Positions 20,376 through 28,988 are shown, counted from the stretch's first letter. The stretch is DNA of 64,000 bases from Kiritimatiellia bacterium (GCA_050949565.1 JBMNFY010000015.1:68722-132721); one strand, 5' to 3'. Numbers and translations: made by a program. The notes: generated from the letters alone by a model not told the origin.

Positions 20376-20681
20376 TCAAGTGCTCCTCGCCGCTAAATCC
20401 GCAAACGGCATCGCCTGTTGAGCGCACCAGTAGGGCTGGCGCTTTGTGTAGTGCAACGCGCGTGACACTTCGCACCACGCGCCACGCCGCCACTCAAAAA
20501 CAAACCACGTCCACACGCCGCTCTCCCGCGTGATCACCGCCCGCCGCCGCGAGCGTCGCGGCCCGCGCCACATACGCTGGAATCGCCCGTTGACCACCTC
20601 CCAGTCGGAGGCCGGCATCCAGCCTGTATAGGCCATCCCGTAACGCGCTTGCGGACGCGGGCAGTGCATGAGGCGCTTCAT
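20376..20681 (-). CDS. Hypothetical phage protein
   Basis: ATGA-coupled to the upstream gene. Confidence 0.5.
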   Translation of the reverse strand: MKRLMHCPRPQARYGMAYTGWMPASDWEVVNGRFQRMWRGPRRSRRRAVITRESGVWTWFVFEWRRGAWCEVSRALHYTKRQPYWCAQQAMPFADLAARST

Positions 20682-20977
20682 TGATCATCCTCCAACGTGA
20701 ATGATGCGCCGATTGCCGCCACGAGCTTCCACGCCGCATCGCCGCTACGGGCGTCGCGGCCGTGCTCCAAGCCCAGAACCTCACCCATACCGCACCAGCC
20801 GGAGAGGTTCCACTCCTCGCGCAGTGCGCGACGCGAGGAGTGAGGCGCGGTCGCGTTGCCGCAAAACGGGCACACGATGCGCTCGCGGATGCGCCTCCGG
20901 CGCTTGTCGCGGATGTCATCGCGCTCGACGCGATAGACGGGCTTTGCGCCGCATTGGCAGCGTCGGTTGCCTTTCAT
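20678..20977 (-). CDS. Zn-ribbon protein, Lar (restriction alleviation)-like
   Basis: CQCG...CPFCG...EEWN pattern; AGGAG RBS. Confidence 0.5.
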   Translation of the reverse strand: MKGNRRCQCGAKPVYRVERDDIRDKRRRRIRERIVCPFCGNATAPHSSRRALREEWNLSGWCGMGEVLGLEHGRDARSGDAAWKLVAAIGASFTLEDDQ

Positions 20978-21201
20978 TCGTGCCCCTCCTGCTTGAACAG
21001 GTGATATTTCACACCGTGTATCTCAGCCCACAACGAGCCGTCATAGTTGTGTCTGATTTGGGCGATGTTCTTGTTGTTCGCCATCGTCCACGCGCCGAGT
21101 GTGAATCCTATGAGCATTGCCCAAAGACACATCGTAAAATCTCTCACGGCCGGCCATCCTTTCTCGTCGCGCGGTTCAGGCATCGCACCACTCGCCGTCA
21201 T
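20974..21201 (-). CDS. Small phage membrane protein
   Basis: One TM helix; coupled overlap with the next gene. Confidence 0.45.
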   Translation of the reverse strand: MTASGAMPEPRDEKGWPAVRDFTMCLWAMLIGFTLGAWTMANNKNIAQIRHNYDGSLWAEIHGVKYHLFKQEGHE

Positions 21202-21458
21202 CGTAGTGGGCGGGGATCACGTATGGCGCCCCCAAGTAGTGGCACACCTTCAGCGCGATCATCACGGGGCCGCCCGGCACCTCAAGTTCCGGATCACGCC
21301 ACAGCGGCATCGGCTCCGGATAGCGTTTCTGTTCTGTCCTGTTCATGTGGCTCTCCTAGTTGCTCTTACGCCAAACCACCTCCGCCTCCAGCGCCCGCCG
21401 GATCGCCCGCAGGTCGCCCGCCATCTGTTTGATCGTGTTCCGCATTTCTTGTCTCCTC

Positions 21459-21794
21459 CTAGCTCCGCGCCGCCAGATCATCGCCGGGCAGCGCCATGTT
21501 CGCCCGCGCCGCCCGGACGGCCTTGCGCCGCGCCAGCCGCGCGTGCTTCGCCCGCGCGAACTTCGCGAGCGCCGACGCGACCGCCTTCGCGGACTCCATG
21601 TCGTCGGTCCGCGCTCGCGCGATCACCGTGCCGGAGTCGCCGCCGGCGCTCGCGCCGCAGAACACGTAATACTCGAACCCGTCCGCGGACGGAACGCAGC
21701 GGATGTCCGCGACGGCCGTCGGCGAGCCGTACCGGCTCCATATCCGCTGGATCCCGTTCACGCCCCTGTTCTTTATCGGTTTCCACGCGCTCAT
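21459..21794 (-). CDS. Hypothetical phage protein
   Basis: AGGAGG RBS; ORF in the early operon. Confidence 0.55.
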   Translation of the reverse strand: MSAWKPIKNRGVNGIQRIWSRYGSPTAVADIRCVPSADGFEYYVFCGASAGGDSGTVIARARTDDMESAKAVASALAKFARAKHARLARRKAVRAARANMALPGDDLAARS

Positions 21795-21824
21795 CCCTGT
21801 GCCTCCTTTCTTGGTCGCTTGCCG

Positions 21825-22295
21825 TCACCCCGGAAGCCTGAAGTCCACCGCCTCGTAGCCGATGCGCTCGCACCACCCCCGGCCGACGGCCTCATACACG
21901 CCGTACTGCTGCGACAGCGCCGCCGCCCTCGCGCCGCAGGGCACCACCACGGTGAACTGGTAGTAGGACGCGCCCTTCCTGATCGCCTCGATGGGGTACG
22001 TCGTGTGCCCGATCTCCAGCCCCGTCCCGACGCCGCGCCTGGCGTACGCCACGGTCTCCCACGTCTCGCACCAGCCGCCCTCCGGCCGGCTCGCCTGCAG
22101 GACCGCGCCGGTCACGCCCAGGCCCCTTTCGATGCGGTCGCGCTCGTGCTCCAGCTCCACCCAGTCCGCGTGGTCCAGCAGCACCGCGCCGTCATCCGCC
22201 GCGATCACGTCCCACGGGCCGCTGCCCGCCGTCTGCCACGCCCCGCCGCCGCGCCGGCTCTGCCAGCGCAGATAAACCTGTTGCCTGTTGTTCAT
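21825..22295 (-). CDS. Hypothetical phage protein
   Basis: AGGAG RBS within a repeated leader. Confidence 0.55.
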   Translation of the reverse strand: MNNRQQVYLRWQSRRGGGAWQTAGSGPWDVIAADDGAVLLDHADWVELEHERDRIERGLGVTGAVLQASRPEGGWCETWETVAYARRGVGTGLEIGHTTYPIEAIRKGASYYQFTVVVPCGARAAALSQQYGVYEAVGRGWCERIGYEAVDFRLPG

Positions 22296-22353
22296 CGCTT
22301 CTCTCCTTTTTGTTGTCCGCCCCGGCGCGGCCGCCGCGCCGGGGCGCCGTGAT

Positions 22354-22761
22354 TCAGACCGCGACCCTGACCAGGACGCGCCGCTTGAGCTGCGTGAGGC
22401 ACGGGGAGTCCGGCCATGCGCCGCGCACCAGCAGCACCACGCCGCAGCCGGTGTCTTCGTAGGCCCTGCGCAGCTCGTCCGCCTCTCGGCAGTCCAGCCG
22501 CTCGGCGCCGTCCACGACCAGCATGCCGCCGCGCCCGGCCTCCTCCGCCGCCGCGCCGATCGCCTCCCGCCGCGCCGCGCCCACGGGGACGAACCGCGTG
22601 AACGGCATGAGGCCCGCGAAGCGGGCGACGGCGCCGGACCCGCCGCCGCCCTCCGCCATCATGACCTCCGCCATCGCGCGGGTCTCCCGCGCCGCGTGGA
22701 TGGCCATGGCCACCGCCCGCTTCACGCTCTGCATCCGTGTCTTCTGTTCCTTCCGTTTCAT
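22354..22761 (-). CDS. Short degenerate MuB-like AAA paralog
   Basis: MLVVDGAERL...ELRRAYEDTGCGVVLL...QLKRRV parallels MuB LIFDEMHQ...LRELYDRTGCGIVFC...QFRRRG. Confidence 0.6.
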   Translation of the reverse strand: MKRKEQKTRMQSVKRAVAMAIHAARETRAMAEVMMAEGGGGSGAVARFAGLMPFTRFVPVGAARREAIGAAAEEAGRGGMLVVDGAERLDCREADELRRAYEDTGCGVVLLVRGAWPDSPCLTQLKRRVLVRVAV

Positions 22762-23107
22762 CGCTTCTTCTCCTTTTCTTTGTCCGCCCCGGCGCGACCG
22801 CCGCGCCGGGAAATCGTCACCCGCGCTCCCCGAACGCGCGGGGGATGCCCTCGAAAACCGCCAGCCTTTGCGGCGTCCGGCTCCCGGCGCACTTCGGGTT
22901 CGAGCACACCCAGTGCCTCTCGTAAAACCCCCTCGGGTTCGTTTCGCTCCGCACCCCGCCCTTCTTTCTGCCCGGCGCCCCGCAAAGGGCGCACACCGGC
23001 GTGCGCACATCGACCCGCCTCATATCGCCGCCTCCTCTTTCGCCATCCACCATGCCGCATTGTCCTTGTGCTCGATCATCCTCATTTCGCTTCTCCTTCT
23101 TGCTTTT

Positions 23108-23767
23108 TCAGCGTTGTGTAACGTTGTAGCAGTCCAGCTCCCTGAGCGCGGCGGCGAGCGCCGCCCTGATGCGCGCGTACTGGGCACACTTCCGGCGCGG
23201 GCGCGCCACGGCGTGGCGCGCCTGCCGCTCGTCGAATCCCATGCGCCTGCACCAGCCGCTGAAGCTCGCGCCGCGCGCCTTGAAAAGCCGGAGGATGTCC
23301 TCGTAGGACGCCCCGCCGCCGGCCGCGCGCGCCGCCCTGCGGTCAGCCGCTCGGTGCGCCGCGCCGCGCCCGGCCTCGGCCTCCGCCGCCATGCGGATCG
23401 CGCGCCCCGTCATCACAAGCCCGCCCTCCCGGGACTCGCCCGCGTACAGCCCCGCCGCCCCGCTGATCTCCAGCGCGCGCCGCTCCACCGCCGCCACGCT
23501 GAGATGTCGGTACGCCGGCCGCGCGGCCAGCCATGCCCGCGCCGTCGTCAGCCCCTCATCCGCCTTCCACGCCTCCCACGCCCTCACGAGTTTCCGGTAT
23601 TCGTTGATCGTCATTTCCCGCCCTCCGTGCTCGTCCTGTTGCACCAAACGCTTGCGCCGGCCATGCTTCCGCTTGAGGTTCTGATAGCAGGAGAAAAGCC
23701 CCTCCGCTATTTCCGGAGTGAGGTCGTAGACCTCTCCCATCACGATCAGCCGGTTCCTGCCTCTCAT
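23108..23767 (-). CDS. Phage protein with C-terminal Ner-like HTH (possibly two genes read through)
   Basis: LFKARGASFSGWCRRMGFD; internal GGAGG plus ATG at MTINEY. Confidence 0.5.
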   Translation of the reverse strand: MRGRNRLIVMGEVYDLTPEIAEGLFSCYQNLKRKHGRRKRLVQQDEHGGREMTINEYRKLVRAWEAWKADEGLTTARAWLAARPAYRHLSVAAVERRALEISGAAGLYAGESREGGLVMTGRAIRMAAEAEAGRGAAHRAADRRAARAAGGGASYEDILRLFKARGASFSGWCRRMGFDERQARHAVARPRRKCAQYARIRAALAAALRELDCYNVTQR

Positions 23768-23943
23768 ATCGCGCTCTCTTCCAGCCGGATGCCCAGCCGC
23801 TTCAGTTTCTTTTCAAGCTCTGGCCCCGCCTTGCGCTCGCCGCGCAGTACCCGCGATAGGTGGCTCTGCGAGACGCCGACCAGCCTCGCCGTTCGCGTGA
23901 CCCCTCTAAAAAGCGTCACCGGCCTGATTGTCTGATTCATCAT
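23764..23943 (-). CDS. Cro/Ner-like HTH regulator, 59 aa (not in ORF track)
   Basis: MMNQTIRPVTLFRGVTRTARLVGVSQSHLSRVLRGERKAG...; first gene of the early operon; divergent from the repressor once the IS is removed. Confidence 0.75.
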   Translation of the reverse strand: MMNQTIRPVTLFRGVTRTARLVGVSQSHLSRVLRGERKAGPELEKKLKRLGIRLEESAI

Positions 23944-24054
23944 GGGTGTGTGTCAGATTCGTGACGTGAAAATCAGATTGCGCTTGCGTGGCGCATGTGG
24001 ACGCGTTATATTTTGTAGCGGTTTAACTACAAACAATCTAACGAAAGGACACCT

Positions 24055-24378
24055 ATGGAACTTCCCCAGATATTCGCGGAAATCGCAGCCAGCATCCCGG
24101 CCAGGCGCGGCAGGCTCTTCGAGCAGTATTCGACCAGGACCGCCGCCGACGGGACGGTCCGGCGGACGGGGCCCTACTACGTGCTTACGCGGTCCGTCAA
24201 CGGCAGGACCGTCTCGGAGCGGGTCAAGGCCGAGGACGCGCCCCGCGTGCGGGAGGAGATCGAGCGCGGGGCGAGGCTCGCGGCGCTCTTCGAGAGGATA
24301 TGGGAGATGGCGGAGTGCGCGGCGCGGCAGGCCCGCGACCCTAAAAAAAAACAGGGCCGGACGGCACCCCGGCGCTAG
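24055..24378 (+). CDS. IS accessory ORF (DUF6788-like)
   Basis: GPYYVLTRSVNGRTVSERV; ends just after an A9 run. Confidence 0.65.
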   Translation: MELPQIFAEIAASIPARRGRLFEQYSTRTAADGTVRRTGPYYVLTRSVNGRTVSERVKAEDAPRVREEIERGARLAALFERIWEMAECAARQARDPKKKQGRTAPRR

Positions 24379-24467
24379 GGCGCATTGAGGCGGCCGCCCT
24401 CGATCTCGTCGGCGCCGCCGTCAAGGCCGAGGCCGACGCGCGGAGCGGAGCGCGGGACCTGAGCGAG

Positions 24468-25694
24468 GTGGAGGGCGACCTGCGCTCGGCGGCGCTGTCC
24501 TTCGCGGCGAAGGCGCTCGGGGCGCTCATGTCCGGCCCGCTCCAGCAGGCCGCGGGCGTGGACGCCCCGGCCGGCCGGCGCGGAACCAGGACCGAGACGG
24601 TGCTCACCAGCGTGGGGGACGTGCCCTACACGCGGGCATACGTCCCCGGCGGCGACCGGCCGTTCCCGGCCGACGAGGAACTGGGGCTGGTCTGCCGGTG
24701 CACGCCGTCCGCAGCGAAGCTCCTCTGCCACGAGGCCGCCCGCAGCCAGTCCTACCTGCAGGCCTCGGAGAGCCTCGCGCTTTCCGCCGGCATCTCGGTC
24801 TCCGCCAGCAGCATCCACCGGCTCGTGCGCGCCGTCGGCCCGGACATGGAGGCGTGGGCGCTCTCCCGCACGCCGTCGCCCGCGGAGCCGGGGCGCGACG
24901 TCATCGTCTGCCTCCAGATGGACATGACCGGCGTGCGGATGCTGAAGCGGTATCTCAAGGGCGCCAGGGGCAGGGGCGGGGGGGATCCCAAGGGCCGCCA
25001 GATCAAGTGCGGGACGCTCTTCCTGATGGAGCGGGACGCCGAGGGCCGGTACCGGCGGATAAGCGGCAGCGCCGTGCACGTGATCTCCTTCTGCGACCCC
25101 GTGTCGTTCTCCGACGCGCTGGAAAAGGCGCGGCAGAAGCTCGCGGCCCCCCACGGGGCCACGCTGGTCGTCGTCGCGGACGGCGCGGAGTGGATCTGGA
25201 ACATCGTCTCGGACCGCTTCAAGGAGGCGTTCAGCATCATCGACTTCTGGCACGCCGCCGACCGGCTCCACGACCTCTGCGAGTTCGCCCTGGGGAAGGG
25301 GGACGCGGCGCAGGCGCTCTTCAAGGAGTGGCGGAAGAAGATGAAGGTGTACGGGGTGGACTGCGTGATCCGCCACTTCGAGGGAATGGAGGGCTCCCGG
25401 AGGAAGCTCAAGGGCGTCGCCAAGCGCCTGGCGTACTTCAAGAGGTACCGCGGGCAGATGCAGTACCGCAGGTTCCGCCGCGAGGGATGGCCGATCGGTT
25501 CCGGCGCGGTCGAAGGCGCCTGCAAGTCGCTGATCAAGCAGCGCACGAACCTCTCGGGGCAGCGCTGGTCGCCCGACGGCGCGCTGGACGTGCTCTGGGC
25601 GCGGGCGCTGATCACCGACGGGCTCCATGACGAGTACTGGAAGGAAAAACGGAGCCGCGAGGGGAAGCGCAGAGAGCCCGTGTTCGCGGCGTGA
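24468..25694 (+). CDS. ISKra4-family DDE transposase (true start uncertain)
   Basis: ADGAEWIW, IIDFWHA, GWPIGSGAVEGACK, SGQRWS. Confidence 0.85.
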   Translation: MEGDLRSAALSFAAKALGALMSGPLQQAAGVDAPAGRRGTRTETVLTSVGDVPYTRAYVPGGDRPFPADEELGLVCRCTPSAAKLLCHEAARSQSYLQASESLALSAGISVSASSIHRLVRAVGPDMEAWALSRTPSPAEPGRDVIVCLQMDMTGVRMLKRYLKGARGRGGGDPKGRQIKCGTLFLMERDAEGRYRRISGSAVHVISFCDPVSFSDALEKARQKLAAPHGATLVVVADGAEWIWNIVSDRFKEAFSIIDFWHAADRLHDLCEFALGKGDAAQALFKEWRKKMKVYGVDCVIRHFEGMEGSRRKLKGVAKRLAYFKRYRGQMQYRRFRREGWPIGSGAVEGACKSLIKQRTNLSGQRWSPDGALDVLWARALITDGLHDEYWKEKRSREGKRREPVFAA

Positions 25695-25809
25695 CAGCGG
25701 AAACAGCGGAAACGATGTTACGAATCTGACACACACCCTTCATCATCCTTATCCTTTCCTTCGCATGATCTCGGTGCTATCATGCCGCCTGTCATGCGTT
25801 ACGGCGGGG

Positions 25810-25839
25810 ATGTTACCGCATAACTCGGTAATATGTCAA
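25810..25839 (-). promoter_or_regulatory. Putative early promoter with an overlapping palindromic operator
   Basis: Minus strand TTGACA-N18-TAACAT; TTACCG-N7-CGGTAA palindrome at 25813-25831. Confidence 0.65.
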
Positions 25840-25857
25840 TCGAGAAACGAGGTTAAT

Positions 25858-26178
25858 GTGGAAAGTTCTTTTGGCGCAAAACTACGTGAATTGAGAGGTA
25901 CGCAATCACAATCTGCGGTGGCTGCAGTTTTTGGAATTGCTCAGCAAACATACGGCGGATGGGAGAAAGATCAGCGACGACCCGACTTAACCGAGCTTCG
26001 CAGGATTTGTACGCATTACGCGGTATCCGCTGATTGGTTGCTTGGGTTGAAGCCCGCTGTCGATAAGCGTGCGGCGGATGCGGAAGCCAGACTCCGAGCG
26101 GCGCATGATGCGTTCTTTAAAGTAACAGAAGCCGTGAACCTGTTAGGGAGGTCGCTACATGACGCAGAAGGGTTTTAG
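25858..26178 (+). CDS. XRE-family prophage repressor
   Basis: FGAKLRELRG...SQSAVAAVFGIAQQTYGGWEKDQRRP...VSADWLLG; GTG start after GAGG. Confidence 0.85.
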   Translation: MESSFGAKLRELRGTQSQSAVAAVFGIAQQTYGGWEKDQRRPDLTELRRICTHYAVSADWLLGLKPAVDKRAADAEARLRAAHDAFFKVTEAVNLLGRSLHDAEGF

Positions 26179-26196
26179 AAAACTGGAGGTGGCGCT

Positions 26197-26448
26197 GTGA
26201 ACACCCCCGAAGAAGTCTGGTTGCAGCTTACAGTGATGTTGAAGGACAATTACGCTGAAACCGATTCCGAGAAGGCGCGTCTGTGCGGCGTCAGCGCGTC
26301 AACGTTCAGGAGGTGGAAGAAGAAACGCGCCGTTGCCTGGTCATCGGTTGTGTCTTTAGCGAACACCTATGACAAAGATAATCGTCTTAGACGGCCAGAC
26401 GCGCCCGACGGAAACCTAAAATTTCTCTTGTTTAACGAAAACGTGTAA
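26197..26448 (+). CDS. Small HTH protein
   Basis: GGAGG RBS; ARLCGVSASTFRRW. Confidence 0.5.
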   Translation: MNTPEEVWLQLTVMLKDNYAETDSEKARLCGVSASTFRRWKKKRAVAWSSVVSLANTYDKDNRLRRPDAPDGNLKFLLFNENV

Positions 26449-26465
26449 GCTGAAGAAGGGACGAC

Positions 26466-27143
26466 ATGAGTCTGGAAGAAAATCCCGTCTTTAACATTTA
26501 TGACCGTCTGATGCCCTCGGCTTGGAGCGGCGTTACGCAGATGAAGGTCTATGCGCGGGCGCGGTGCTTTTTTGCGCCTGGCGTGGATGACGTTGAAATT
26601 GTGAAACTCATTCATACGGAGATCCGGCCTAGCGTTTTCGGTCAGGTCGGCCCCGCGCAGTGCAGGGGAGCGATCATCTGCAAGACCGACATTCGGACAC
26701 CGGAGTTTAGCCAAGCAATCGACGATGCGATGACTTGGTGGCACGCGCTTTTTTGCGCGGCGCGTCGTCTCGCCGCCGTGGATGATGCTGTTAAAACCGT
26801 GTGGCCCAACCTCCGTCTGCGGTTGACGGGCGATCCGTGCTGTGATGTCTGCGCGGTGCTCGACGGTGTTGTGTTTCGGCGGGACAGCCCCGCGCTTATC
26901 CCGTTCATGCCGCCATGGCACATTGGTTGTGGACTGCATTTCGAGAACGTGAAAAAAGCGACCCGTCCGACTGAAAGCAGAATCGATACGGACGCACTGT
27001 TGAAGATGGCGAACGTCCGCAGAATGTTCAGTCCATGTGAGTTCGCGGCAGAATGGCTGTTAAATGAAGATGTCAGTCTGCCATCGATGTTTGAGATTAT
27101 CGGATGCCTGTTGCGCAGAATGATGCCGCCCAAAAAAAATTAA
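26466..27143 (+). CDS. Hypothetical protein with a MuF/gp7-like Cys/His motif
   Basis: GDPCCDVCAVLDGVVFRRDSP...PPWHIGC. Confidence 0.55.
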   Translation: MSLEENPVFNIYDRLMPSAWSGVTQMKVYARARCFFAPGVDDVEIVKLIHTEIRPSVFGQVGPAQCRGAIICKTDIRTPEFSQAIDDAMTWWHALFCAARRLAAVDDAVKTVWPNLRLRLTGDPCCDVCAVLDGVVFRRDSPALIPFMPPWHIGCGLHFENVKKATRPTESRIDTDALLKMANVRRMFSPCEFAAEWLLNEDVSLPSMFEIIGCLLRRMMPPKKN

Positions 27144-27191
27144 CCGCCTTTGCGCGCCGCGCGCCCGCGCCTCCCGGCTCCACGCGCTTTC

Positions 27192-27221
27192 AACGCCCTC
27201 CGCAACGGGGGGCGTTTTTTT
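27192..27221 (+). terminator. Rho-independent terminator after the repressor operon
   Basis: AACGCCCTCC-GCAAC-GGGGGGCGTT followed by a T-run. Confidence 0.75.
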
Positions 27222-27729
27222 ATTTTTAGTTTTCTCTTGACTTTCCGTTTTTTTCAAAGGGCAAAGCACAATGCCAAAACCGCACAACGTGTGCGGTTTT
27301 GGAAATGGTTTCATCTCACGCGCAGGGACTAAAACACGCGCTAAAAAATAGTCTGCACGGCTGGCATACCCGCGCGCGGGCGCGTCCGCATTCTGCAAAA
27401 ATGCGGCCATGTTGATGAGCAGTCCCACATCGGTTTTGAAATCCGCACACGGTGCGGTTTTGAAAAACCTCTCTCTTCTCTCCGTCCGCAGGGCTCCTGT
27501 CCTCCCTCGCGGAATGTCGGGCGCAGCGTCGCTGCGGCCGTGCGCGGATGCCACCATCCCCGCGTCCCCGGCAGGCCGGGTCGTCGCTTCCCTGGCTGCG
27601 GCATTCTTTCTGATTTTGAAATCCGCACACGGTGCGGTTTTACAACTCTGGCAAATCCGCACCGTGTGCGGTTTTGCTTTTTTGTTTGCGCTGCCGTGCC
27701 TGGCCGAGGAGGGCGCGCGCAATGTCGTG

Positions 27730-28116
27730 ATGCTGGATGTCGCGTCCGGCGGTCTCCTCGGCGCGCTCGCCACCGCCGTGATCGTGTGGCTCAACAACCA
27801 GCGCAAGCGCGATGCGGAGGCGGATCGCCAGCCGCCCTTGGGCGAGGATGTCGCCAGAAACTTCGTGATGAAAGAGGAGTTTACGCGCTGCCAGACGACG
27901 TGCCGAAAGGACATCACGGACATCCGCGACAAGCTCGCCGACATCGACAAGAAGGCGGAGGACCGCTCTCGCGGCACCCACGCCCGCATCGACAAAATCT
28001 ACATCGCCCAGGAGCAGACGAATAAAGCCCTCGGCACACTCACGGGTATCATGGTCGGACGGGGAATCGCACCGATGCATCCGGTGCTACCCGACAACAT
28101 CGTAACGGAGAAATGA
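27730..28116 (+). CDS. Membrane-anchored coiled-coil phage protein (start uncertain; ORF open from 27409)
   Basis: N-terminal TM then a heptad region; position equivalent to the small genes preceding the terminase in Mu-like phages. Confidence 0.55.
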   Translation: MLDVASGGLLGALATAVIVWLNNQRKRDAEADRQPPLGEDVARNFVMKEEFTRCQTTCRKDITDIRDKLADIDKKAEDRSRGTHARIDKIYIAQEQTNKALGTLTGIMVGRGIAPMHPVLPDNIVTEK

Positions 28117-28117
28117 C

Positions 28118-28396
28118 ATGCTAACAGGACAGGCATTGCACTGGCATAAGCAACGCGCGTTGCGTTGCCTCGACGCATACAGCGGCATCGAAGCTCGCGA
28201 GCAACAGCTCGTGACGGATGTTCAGATCGCAAACGGCGCACACATCCGGCCAGACGACGTGCGCCAAGCCTTGGCCGCGCTCAAGGATGACGGCCTCGCG
28301 CGCCGCCGCATCGACGACATGCGCGGTGCCGTGTGGACGATCACTCAGGCCGGCCACAGGGAGGCGGCGCGTCTCGCGCTGGAGGACGGCGAGTGA
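28118..28396 (+). CDS. Mu gp26-like small winged-helix protein
   Basis: VRQALAALKDDGL...WTITQAG; synteny. Confidence 0.55.
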   Translation: MLTGQALHWHKQRALRCLDAYSGIEAREQQLVTDVQIANGAHIRPDDVRQALAALKDDGLARRRIDDMRGAVWTITQAGHREAARLALEDGE

Positions 28397-28478
28397 TTGA
28401 GTTCGGCAAATCCGCACACGGTGCGGTTTTGCCGCTTTGTGAAAACCGCACCGTGTGCGGATTTGCGGGGACGGGAAA

Positions 28479-28988
28479 ATGATCGAGACGAAAATCAAAT
28501 CAAACAGCCTCTACAGCCGGATGCTCAAGGCCGGTGTGCTGGATGATTTTTTCGGCCTCGTCGCGTCCGAGGCTCCCGGCTACGAGGAGATGCGCGCGTG
28601 GTGCGAAGAGCATGATATCCGCGCCAGCAACGGTGCCCTCCACACGCTGATCACGCACCACATGGGCGCGTGGCGCGCCCGCAAGGCTATCGAGGCTGTG
28701 CGTGAAGAGGAGCTGTCCATCCCCGCCGATGCTGACGAGCAAATCCGCGAGCGACTGCGCGGGATGCGGCTTGATCTCGCGCTGCGCGATCTCTCCGAGC
28801 GCACCGCCGTCGCGCTCCTGAAGCTCGATTTACAGGAGCGCGAACTGGCTCACAAAAATGCGTCGCTGCGCGAGACCGGCGTTCAGGCGCTCATGGATGA
28901 AGCGCGCGGCAACGCCGCCGCAGAGGAGGCGCTGCGCGCGTTCCTTGCGGCGCTCGATGCCGCCCGCTCGGAAGGGGGTGACGCATGA
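28479..28988 (+). CDS. Probable small terminase subunit (Mu gp27/DUF3486-like)
   Basis: Helical protein ATGA-coupled to the large terminase; YEEMRAWCEEHDIRASNGALH HTH-like segment. Confidence 0.55.
   Translation: MIETKIKSNSLYSRMLKAGVLDDFFGLVASEAPGYEEMRAWCEEHDIRASNGALHTLITHHMGAWRARKAIEAVREEELSIPADADEQIRERLRGMRLDLALRDLSERTAVALLKLDLQERELAHKNASLRETGVQALMDEARGNAAAEEALRAFLAALDAARSEGGDA

Larger units (their letters stand above)
23944..25738 (+). mobile_element. ISKra4-like insertion sequence
   Basis: Perfect 19-bp IR GGGTGTGTGTCAGATTCGT; 8-bp TSD TTCATCAT at 23936-23943 and 25739-25746. Confidence 0.9.
27276..28464. repeat. Six copies of the palindrome AAA(T/A)CCGCAC-N3/5-GTGCGG(T/A)TTT
   Basis: Copies at 27276-27300, 27439-27461, 27619-27641, 27653-27675, 28408-28430 and 28442-28464. 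Confidence 0.9.

Noticed and set aside
27276-28464. CRISPR array formed by the six palindromes
   Set aside because: Spacing is irregular (11 to ~730 bp), orientation is mixed, and there are no cas genes in the window.
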